Origin: Zygnema circumcarinatum SAG 698-1b
Lineage: Eukaryota; Plantae; Zygnematophyceae
Assembly: GCA_037447605.1 (NCBI GenBank)
Contig: CM074807.1
Coordinates: forward strand, 3,546,829-3,610,828
Length of the DNA: 64,000 bases
Reading direction: 5' to 3'
The notes under the pieces: model-generated
Databases searched by the model: none
The model's input: the letters and a program-made list of their open reading frames with translations, nothing else
What the model was told of the DNA's origin: nothing
Translations under genes and position numbers: made by a program
Shown: positions 36,273 to 45,732 of the stretch, one piece after another
Numbering within the stretch: position 1 is the stretch's first letter
How the letters are laid out: every line of letters begins with the position of its first letter

Positions 36273-38740
36273 CTACCGTTGCCATGAATTCCACTCCTGC
36301 AGCCACGCCTTCCCAGCCTCATAGGTGGCCCAGCAGATGGCGGCTGCAGGAGTGTGGAAAAGCACTCGCGGTCTGAGCCCTCTCAGTAGCGCCATTGGGC
36401 CCTCCTCCGCCACAATCCTTTGCAGCGCTTCCTTCACAGAACCCGTCTTGAAGCGCTGTGCCCCACACACTCCCTGCGGCACTCCCTATCCGCACACATC
36501 AGCATAGGTCCACATGGCAATTGAGTTAATCTCACCATTGAGAACAGGATGGAAACAGATAAAGGACCCAAGAAAGGAACCCAGAAGAGAGTTGTGGTTG
36601 GAAGGGGGAAGTTAACTGCAACTCTTTTTGGGTTTTTGCACTATGCAAAGAGCCGCTTGTTTGCTGGCAAGTTCAAAGAGAGAGGGTGTAGTGGACTTGA
36701 AATGAAAAGAGCAGAGAGAAGAAGAACACTGAGATGTTGACTCCTTCCTGTTGAAGATAATCATTAGAGCGAGTCAATTGGAAGCTCCAACAAGTAAGTT
36801 CCACCTCCTCAACCCTACTTGTGCAGAATTGACCGTATATTGCACCATCCTATTCAGTCCACTTTTACTTCCTTCCTTCCTTCACTCACTTGGCATTGCA
36901 GACGGGTTTTGACCACATCCAAAGGCACCGTTGCAGCACTCGCCAGCGCTCCTGCAGCTCCTCCCGCTATCAAGTGAGTGGAGAGTCTCCCTTCATCTCC
37001 TCCCTCCGGACTTAGCCCCACCAACGCTTTCTTTACCGCTTCATAGGTCGCAAAATGCACCGCTGTGAAGGGCACATTCATCACCACTGTAGTCCTATAC
37101 GATGTGTAGAAGGCCCTCAGCCCCTCCTCCCTAAACACTCTGCTCACGCAGTCTACCACCCCTCTGTATGGGCTTCTCCTCAGCTGCAGCCTCTGCTTCA
37201 CTACATCCATGGGAGTGAATACAGCATCGCTTGCAAGGGTTGCCAAAGCTCCGGCGGTTGCATGGGCTATGGGCTGATGACCCTTCTTGTTGCCCCCCAA
37301 ATGCTCTTTTGCCACTTCGTACACTGCGAAGTAGACTGCATGGGCCGGCCCTGCCCCCAACCCCATAGCCCCTATACCGCGGTAGAGCCCACTGGGCCCC
37401 TCTCTCTGAAGGATGTGAGTGACCGCCTTCACAATGCTGTTGTGGGAGTGGGCCCCTGCAAGGACCTGCATTCGCGTCTTCACAGTGTCGACAGGGAACA
37501 TGGCCATGTGTTCCACCATCCCTGGAGGAAAAGAGAGAGAGAGTGAGGGCAAATAAGTGAAGGAGGAGTGGGAAATGGGCTGCATTCAGGGGGGAATGTA
37601 TTACACGTAAGCGTAGGTACGGAGCAATAGGGATAATAGGGAGTATGGATGCTTTGAAAGAAAGAAGTGCTTACGGGAGAGGGGAGAAGTGCTATGCTCT
37701 TTCTGCAGGAGAGAGGGGAGAGGAGGGCCAATGGCTTCTTAAGGCAGAGCAATATACGGCGGCACAATGCGGGGTTTATTTTTTAGCGATAAACAAGCTG
37801 AAAAGGAAAGAGGAAGAGACATTTTCTGGCAACGTTTTATGGTTGCAACCCAGCTTTAGGACCGCATTCCCTCATCAGCTGAGAGTTGATTGAGGGCATG
37901 CAAAGCGGATATTTCAAGAAAAAAAGGTAAAAGAAAAATATTCTAGCTCCGGATCTGGTAAATGCGTTCCCGGATTAACTGGAAAAAAACCGAACCCCGA
38001 AGACATAAAAGTTGAAAAGCACAGCCTACGTTTCTACAAAAAGCAGATGTCCAATCCCATATAAAAAAAAGAGCAGAAACTATTTTAGGTACAAACATCC
38101 AAAGAAACGACAATGTTTCGTTTACCAGTGGCTCCCTCCTACCCATTTTTTCCCACTTGACCTAATGCATCCTCAAAACCTCAAAACCTCAAAAACAAGA
38201 AACAGGAAGCCGCTCAACGGAACTCTACCCAAATCTCAAAAACCTGCCCACAGGAAAAACCCACTTAACCATATGTTCGTCCCTCTTCCCCCCCCGCCTC
38301 TCTCCCTTTCCCCCATATCTCCCCCCCCTCTCCCTCTCTTTTCCCCATCTCCCTCCTTCCTCTCATCCCCCCCTCTCCTCCTCCCCCTCTCCCTCTCTCT
38401 TCCCCATCTCCCTCCCTTCTCCTACCCCCCCTCTCCTCCCCTCCCCCTCTCTCTCTCTCTCTTCCCCATCTCCCTCCCTCCTCCCACCCCCCCTCTCGCC
38501 TTCCCCCCCTCCCCCGCTCTCCCCTTCCCCAGGCCCCTCCTCACCCGCTATGGAGCCTGCGAGCATGTACTGGGAGAAGCCGAGCCCGTCGTGGCCGTCC
38601 TCCTCCCTCCGCCCGCGGAGCCCCTCCCTCTCCCTCTCCCCCCCCTCTTCCGCGAGCCGCCCCGCGGGCTGCGACTGATCCCGCGCCTCCTCCGCGCGCC
38701 GCAGCAGGCGTTGCTGCACTTCGGGGGCCACCTCCGCCAT
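36273..38740 (-). CDS. MFRN: Mitochondrial carrier family iron transporter (mitoferrin / MRS3-4-like)
   Basis: Exons 38740-38545, 37521-36890, 36473-36273. Three carrier repeats: AGSIAGMVEHMAMFPVDTVKTRMQ, GAGPAHAVYFAVYE, PMDVVKQRLQ, MNVPFTAVHF, PLDVVKTRLQCQGVCG, PRVLFHTPAAAICW. Confidence 0.93.
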
Positions 38741-38762
38741 GGCTCGCAGGAAGCCGCCTCAC

Positions 38763-38765
38763 AGC

Positions 38766-38835
<70 letters not shown>

Positions 38836-38884
38836 CGAGCAGGAGCAGGAGCAGGAGCAGAAGCAGGAGCAGGAGCAGGAGCAG
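38763..38884. repeat. (CAGGAG)n hexanucleotide microsatellite just upstream of the mitoferrin ATG
   Basis: About 20 units with a few variants, read directly. Confidence 0.95.
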
Positions 38885-39248
38885 CGTGGGAGGTTCTGAT
38901 TAGGGTTTCCGAAAAATTCCGAAATATTAAGGTTAGGGTTAGGGTTCAGGGTTAGGGTTGATGTGAAAAAGCTTGAGCACGACAACCGCTGCTCGTGCTC
39001 CTTGGCAGTCAGGAGCCTCAGGGATGCTGGCGGAAGGACAAGGGATTGGGCTTCTTTCTGGCAGCCATGGCCATGGCGCGGCCCTTGCAAAGTTCCTCCT
39101 CCTGCCTTCACCTTCTGCTTACGGACCTCAAAAACCAGAAAACAGAAACCAAAATGCAGAACCAAAAACCACAAACCAGAAACCCAAAACCAGAAACTGG
39201 AGGCTGAACCTCAGGAAACTGAGGGCCTCAATTGAAGGTCAACAGAAG

Positions 39249-39420
39249 CCAATCATAATTCGCCACGTGACAATATTGCTGACATGACAGACTCTGATTG
39301 GCTGATCCCGACACGTGGACCAGCTCTTAAGCCTGCAGGCGGCTTCGGAAGATTCATTTTGTCACGTGGCGAGCCTGGAAGTGTCCACGTCGTGTGCTAC
39401 GCTGTGGTGCTGCCACGTGA
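39249..39420. promoter_or_regulatory. ERSE-type element plus G-box cluster in the mitoferrin/DUF3598 head-to-head promoter
   Basis: CCAAT(39249-53)-cataattcg-CCACG(39263-67). CACGTG occurs at 39264, 39312, 39363 and 39414, and GCCACGTGACAAT occurs twice. Confidence 0.45.
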
Positions 39421-40034
39421 CAATTCTTGATTTTGACCTTAACTGCGGTTCTGTGTGGGATGGAGTGTTTTAGACTGTTAAACTGGACACACATGTTTCA
39501 GTTAAGGGCCTGTTCCATGAGGAAGACAACGCAGTTCTGTGAATCCTTGCAAGGAAATCCATAGGATTCTTAGTGGGAAACATTTCACCTGCCTCCAGTT
39601 CCAGTTGCAGTTCTAGTTTCACGCTCAGTTCCACGTTCAGCGCACTTCATTGCCTTGTTCACATGAATTAGGGCTTGTCAATTTTTAGATCCCAAGAAAG
39701 TAAAATTCGAAACTAGTATACTGTCATGGCCCAGAACATTTTCGTATTGATGTACTGTTTCTTAAAACCCAAGTTCCTGCTTTGATTCAAGATTTTCACG
39801 CCCTACCAGGGGCCTTCAGACATGGCTTCCAGTCATGAAACATTGCGTGATACCGATTCTGATCCTGCAAAATAGCAATTCGTAGTAATCCGTAGCGAGC
39901 AAATTCAGATTCAATTTCAGAAAGGTAAAGTCTGAATTCTCTGGCGGAGAGAGAGAGGATGTGGCACTGACCCTCTGGCAAGATTTTTCGGCCGCTGATT
40001 TTGGATTGGGGATATCAAAACCATGCCAACAGGA

Positions 40035-40118
40035 TTAGGGTTTGGATTGGGATTAAGATTAGGGTTAGGGTTAGGGTTAGGGTTAGGGTTAGGGTTAGGA
40101 TTAGGGTTTGGATTAGGG
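40035..40118 (+). repeat. Interstitial telomere-like (TTAGGG)n array
   Basis: Six perfect consecutive TTAGGG units at 40059-40094 plus variant units, ending ~18 nt before ATG 40137. Confidence 0.95.
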
Positions 40119-40136
40119 ATAGAGTGAGAGGCCTCC

Positions 40137-43100
40137 ATGGCTATGTCTGTGGCCCCGCAGTGGAGACACGTGGCATGTGCTCCAATCACTTCTGAAGGCT
40201 GCAATGGGCCGCTTCCTGATTTCTGCAGAGCAGTCTCCGGAGGGAGGGCTATCTGCCGCAGGTTTCCTGCTGGAAGATTGACGGCGATTACTGTTCAAAA
40301 GGAGAAAAGAAGAAACTTTCGGCCGTATGCAGCAGCAAATGCTGACAATGAAGAATCATCCGGATCGGCTTCTATGGAGGATGAGTGCTCTCTTGGGACG
40401 GAATCGCTGCACAGCTTCTTTGATCTGAATAGCGGGCGATGGGCAGGAAGCTTCTCTGTATGTACTTCTGAACTGTCACACGGTTGAATGTTTCTTTAAG
40501 ATTGGCTGAGCACGAATGGCACTAATGAGAATGAAAGCCATGCAAGATGGGGTTGTGAAAGGCTGCTGATTTAGGGAGGCGAAGTTGGGACGACCAAAAC
40601 TAGCTTGCATTCTGAAAGCGTTTATAATGTGTTGAAACATGAAAGTGATCTCGCCAAAGGAGTGCGAGGTAGAATGCATCGGGATGGAGTATGATTTGGT
40701 GGAACAAACAGTTGGTACACATTGTTCTCTAGGTGAATGTTCAAGTTGTGTAGGAATTTCAGCAGACCGATGTGCGCTTCACCATTGCATTTGTCTTACA
40801 AATGCCCTTTACAGATTCCTCGTATTGCAAGGCATCACAATGTCAACTGAAGTACGCAGTAAGGGCTGTAGCATTCTTGAACGGAGTTAAGCCTTTGCAA
40901 CCATAGTTTGGATTCATTTATGAGGATAGCAGCATGTGGAACCATGTTACAATCTTATTTTTTCCATGAATTCCTGTTAGTGGATACATGTTGATCTATT
41001 GGACCGCCGGCTCGCAGACGTTTAACTCTGAAGGACAAGTCCTCCATTGTGTCCCAATTGAAGTATCAGCAAGCACTCATGGAAAAGGGCCGGACGCCAC
41101 CTTGAAGCAGCTGTAAGGCCCTACTGACTTTCCAATTCTACAGAAGCACTAAAGCTCTAAACGTTCAAGACCTGAAATTGATGAGGAAACTGCCTGCAAT
41201 TTCAGAAAGAGACAGCATTGGCTCCTTATGTTTCTCATGCAGAACGGGGCACGTTTTTCATGAGGAGGTTACAGCATGGTGTTGATTTCTCCTGCAGGCT
41301 TCGGGTGCAGCAGGCAGGCGGCCATAGTGGCGGAAAGGAAGCTACGGAAGAGAACAGCCTTGACTTTGTATGGAAGGAGGTTCAGCTGGACGAGACCAAC
41401 CGTTTCACTGTGGATCGCAGACAGCAGGTAAGGTCTTTTCACCTGCACTCAACTTTACAGTAACGGCAGCCCATTGGACTGTTGCTGCATGTTCGGATAG
41501 GATCATGGTGTAACTCACTCTTTCTCCTTTCTCTCCCTTTTTCTCTTTCTTCTCCTCTCCCTCCCTTCCCCCCCCCCCCCCCCCCCCCCCCCCNNNNNNN
41601 NNNCCCCCCCCCCCCCCCCGCGTCCTTTTTCCCCATTTTTTTTTTTGAGTTGCAGCTAGGCTATTTTGAAAAGTATGATGCGTTTGCAGTTTCACATCTA
41701 ACTGCGGAGGTGTTAGACTGCGTGCTGCGAACCGGCGTATTGGATGGTGACGGGGAGGAGGAGCCGGACACAAGGTGAGTCCTGGTGGGCAATTATCCAA
41801 GGGAGCATCTTTGGGAACTACCTCACCAAGCACTACAGTAGTGCATGTCATGCCATTTGCATATTCTCATAAGTAAGTTGAACGCATTGGAATCAAATGA
41901 TGCCTTAGTCTAAAGCCGCCTCTCGTCTGAACCCACTACGAACTCTGCATTTTAGGTGGGCTGCTCGTATAGTCCTTACTAGGTTGTCTTTTACTCCCTC
42001 TCATTCAAGACCAATGCAATGTTCTCCCGCAGCCGGGTGAAGCTTCCTTCCCAGCGGCCCGCCCTTGTGAGTGAGTGCTGCCTATATGCTGAAGATCGGA
42101 GCCGGCGAATCAGAGCCTTCCACGTGTTGGATCCTCGAGGGGTGATCGACACCATAGGTGTTTTCCATGAGGAGCGAAAGGAGGAGGCCGGTCTCAGCAG
42201 CCATGGAGGGAGAGCTTCAGAGGGAGAGGTGAGGTTTCAGAAGAGAGAGATTTCTGCACTACATGGAATGCGAAAGCGGTGCTTTCTATCCTGTTATGAA
42301 CAGAGTTGAACGTATCTGAACTGATATTCAACTCGCTTGAATTGGACCTGAATTGGAGGAGGTGGGTGCAGAGTGATGGCGAGAGAGAGCGTTTGGAGGC
42401 TCTGTTGGGGGAGTGGGAGGGCAATGTGCTGACTCAGCGCTCGGGGCTGTACGGCTCTACCACTGTTGAGCAGCCCTCACGTGTGGCGTACAGGCAGGAG
42501 GAGGATGGTACTGTGGTGCAGGTGAGAGAGGGAAGAGGGAAGAGAGAGAAGCTGGGGGAGGGTGAGAGAGGGAAGCTGGAGTTCTGCTCTTCTACCTCTC
42601 CGCTCTCTCACTCTCTTCACTCCCACGGCTGCATTTGCTCTCACTATTTCAAGTTGGTCTATATGGACGATGGGGTTAGGGTTACTGCAAGATTGCATAG
42701 CAGTCGCTGGGGATCACAAACACAGGGGATTGGGGGGTTGAGGGATGGACTGGATGAATGTATCAGAGAGAGGTAGTGTGTGAGAGAGAAGGGGTGTATG
42801 CTGTTGAAAGTACCTGCAAGAAATACAAGTCATTAACCTCTCCCTCCCTCTCTCCCCTTCTTCCCCTCCCCTCCCCTCTCCCTCCCGCTCTCCCCTTCTC
42901 CCCGTCTCCCCCTCCCCTCCCCTCTCCCTCCCTTTCTCCTCTTCTCCCCCTCCCCTCCCCTCTCCCTCCCTCGCTCCCCTTCTTCCCCTCCCCTCCCCTC
43001 TCCCCCCCTCTCTCCCCGTCTCCCCCTCCCCTCCCCTCTCCCCCCCTCTCTCCCCNNNNNNNNNNTCTCTCCCCTTCTCCCCCTCCCCTCCCCTCCCCTC

Positions 43101-43433
43101 TCCCTCCACATATCTAACCTGTGTTGAACGATGTGGTGGTAGGAGCTGGACATCGTGATTGCCGGCAAGGTCCGAACCCTCACTTCTCGCGCCACAGTGA
43201 ACGGCGCCCTCTTGAGCTTCAAGGGGGGTCTCCAGATGACCCTCCTCCCCGGGGGGCTCTCCCTCTCCTGCCCCGCCGTAGTGGCCCGCGGGCAGGCCTT
43301 CTACTTGGAGGCCGCGTGGATGGAGGCGGAGGACCCCCCGCGGCGGAAGCGACTCGTGCGGACCTTCGACACGGAGGGCATGGTCGTGTCGACCACGCTC
43401 TACACGGAGACCAAACGAACAAGTGGTGACTAA
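40137..43433 (+). CDS. DUF3598-family protein with plastid transit-peptide-like N-terminus
   Basis: Exons 40137-40457, 41018-41112, 41298-41427, 41656-41774, 42033-42228, 42372-42521, 43143-43433. Motifs recalled from plant DUF3598 proteins: GRWAGSF, ETNRFTVDRRQQ, KLPSQRPALVSECCLY, RAFHVLDPRG, LGEWEG..TQRSGLYG, QMTLLPGG, RLVRTFDTEG. Confidence 0.85.
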
Positions 43434-43652
43434 CTAAGATTGACCAAACTGAGGGACACAACACGGTGACTAAGCGGTGACTAAGTAGTGATCAAACCAA
43501 GGGACCCAACACGGAGACTAGGGGGTGATTAAACCAAGAGCGAGGGCTAAACAGAGGGGTTCTGGAGGGTGACTAAGTGATGACTAAGTGACGATTGAGC
43601 AATGACTAAACGAAGGGACGAAGCGGTGACCAAACAGAGAAAAGCATGACTA
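43425..43652. repeat. Degenerate GGTGACTAA-based minisatellite beginning at the DUF3598 stop codon
   Basis: GGTGACTAA at 43425, ~43465, ~43476 and ~43568; longer unit gaccaaactgagggacacaacacggtgactaag / gatcaaaccaagggacccaacacggagactagg with a period of about 48 bp. Confidence 0.7.
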
Positions 43653-44221
43653 GGATAGAGGACAATTTTGAAGGTGCCGGTCGGGGTCACATGTGCGATG
43701 AAACAGTTCTGTAGGACACAACAGACCGGCCCGCCATAGAACGGCGGGTCTAGTTTTAGGTCTAGTTATAGTTTTGGGGTCGTTTCTATGTCAACGCGGG
43801 CAGTTTAGAAAATAAAGAAAAGGAACAAAGAAATATTTGGCAGGGACCGAAAAATATTGGAAGGACCCCCGGTTTTATGTTTCGGTCCGCTTTTTTTGGC
43901 CAGGTTCAATGCACCCGAGCAGGTCAACTGCGCTTGTTTTTTTCTGATCATAAGTTTTGAAATCGTCAACCTACGAATGTGACGAACTCGCGTTGCGACA
44001 GAATTTTGGCCACGGGCGGCGACGATCTCACATGACGACAAAACGAGGGACTGACAATGCGGACAAAGCACCGACCTGTTTTCATGTTACTTAGGCCGTA
44101 CGCTTTCTATGGCGCAGATGACATCGGCAAGTTCGGAATTAGTATTCGAAAAATCTTAAATGGAATCGGGTCATGTACTTACTTTTGATACGTTGTTTCA
44201 TGGTATCTGATTTTTCTTGTC

Positions 44222-44824
44222 AGGGCGATCCTTTTTGGGTACCCTAAAACCGAACGGGTTGAGAAATTGAAAAACGATTTTTTGCTTAATTTCTGAAGTC
44301 GTATTATTGAAGAGGGTTCAATTTTGAACACTCGAGGTCAAACCTTTTTCGATTTAAGAACGCGAAATGTCTTTTTTTTTAATGTTCAAAAGCTCAATTG
44401 GTTCGGTCGCAAGTGTGGATTCCACTTTTTGCCACGTTGGTTCCGTGCGGTTCGAGGAATTTGGCTAGCCCGGATTGCATTTTTTTCCGAACGACTTCTT
44501 TAGTCGATCCAGATCAACAATTTCTGTACGAAACTCCGGGTCCACGCGCCTAGGGATCCGCTTAAAATCTCGTTGTTGCTCGGTGGACCCAAGGAAATCT
44601 CAAGTTGAAAACCAACGAAATGAATTGTTCAATGTGCAATTGGTGTCCATAAAAACTATACAGTATTGAGAAACGAATTTAGGAATTCATTTCTCATTTC
44701 TTAAAATGAATCGTGTTCACAAGTTTTCTTTGAGAAACTGGTTTTAAATTATTTTTTGAGAATCCAAAATCTTTAATTTCTTTTTTCTCAACCTGTTCGG
44801 CTGTACGGTACACTTAATCGCCCT
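44222..44824. mobile_element. Degenerate MITE-like element with ~60-bp inverted ends
   Basis: AGGGCGAT...GTACC.TA.A.CCGAAC.GGTTGAGAAA...GATTTT at 44222-44282 is mirrored at 44767-44824 on the opposite strand. Confidence 0.4.
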
Positions 44825-45354
44825 ATTGTCGTTACTGTCCGTACAGGATAGCAATACCAAAATAGTACGATTTTTTGTCATATTATACATCGTTTACCGT
44901 ACGATACGAATGTTCCGGTTGATTGTACCTCAATTCAAATACGACAAGCTACCAATCAGTTAATCCGCATCTTAAAATTTGTCATGTTGTACGGACAACG
45001 CTATCGACATCAAGTGGTACGGCAAAAAAGCTTCCACGAAACTACGTTCCCCGATCCTGGAAGGCCACCAAACTTAAGGAAAGTACAATCCTCCGCAAAA
45101 CGACAGATCAGCATCCGTACGATGAGCTCCAAACTCGCCACGTGGCACGTGCTGAGCCGCCCTCTTCGTACGGTGGGTCCCACAGGTCGCGGGCGGTTCA
45201 GTCCAACTTTTTCGCCTCAGGGCCGTACCGCCACCTGGAATCCGTACGAAGCCCCTTCGTCCGTACAGGATAATTTGGACTGTTTCCTGGTCGGGGTTCG
45301 GCTCGCCCAAACGTTTTCCCTGGCCTGCCCGTCCACGTGGCAAGCACGCCGTAC
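44803..45354. promoter_or_regulatory. Dense CCGTAC/GTACGG cluster (SBP-box/SPL-type core) upstream of GRAS-2
   Basis: 15 GTAC in ~550 bp, 11 of them CCGTAC on either strand. A binding function is inferred. Confidence 0.4.
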
Positions 45355-45732
45355 AGGTGAACGAGGGCAGAAAATGTTTTTTTCGCTCTGCCCAGTCTAT
45401 GGGAGTTTGGTCCCGTTGAACAGTTACGCTGTTCCGTGTCAGGCAACTGCAGGCCCCTCTTTCAAGGCCGCCCCTCACCCACTGCCCCTACGCGGGCCGT
45501 CTCCAGGGAGGGAGGGAGGGAGGCCATGGGGGGTGGGCGGGGCTCAAAATCTCTGCTCTCGCGTGGGAGAGAGTTGGAGAGCGGGAGAGAGGGGGAGGGG
45601 GAGGGAGAAGGAGAGGGAGAGGGAGAAGGAGAGGAGTCTGTTATGTACGACCAGAACTAGGTTTTCTTTGACAGAGGAGGAGGCCCCGCCTTGCCGGAAG
45701 CTTAGCGACGGCGCGTTTAGAGTTCGCAGTGC

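Noticed and set aside
38012-39174. 295-aa (QE)n ORF on + and 208-aa (CS)n ORF on -, superficially metallothionein-like
   Set aside because: Both are read-throughs of the (CAGGAG)n repeat and CT tract overlapping mitoferrin exon 1 and its leader, with no independent support.
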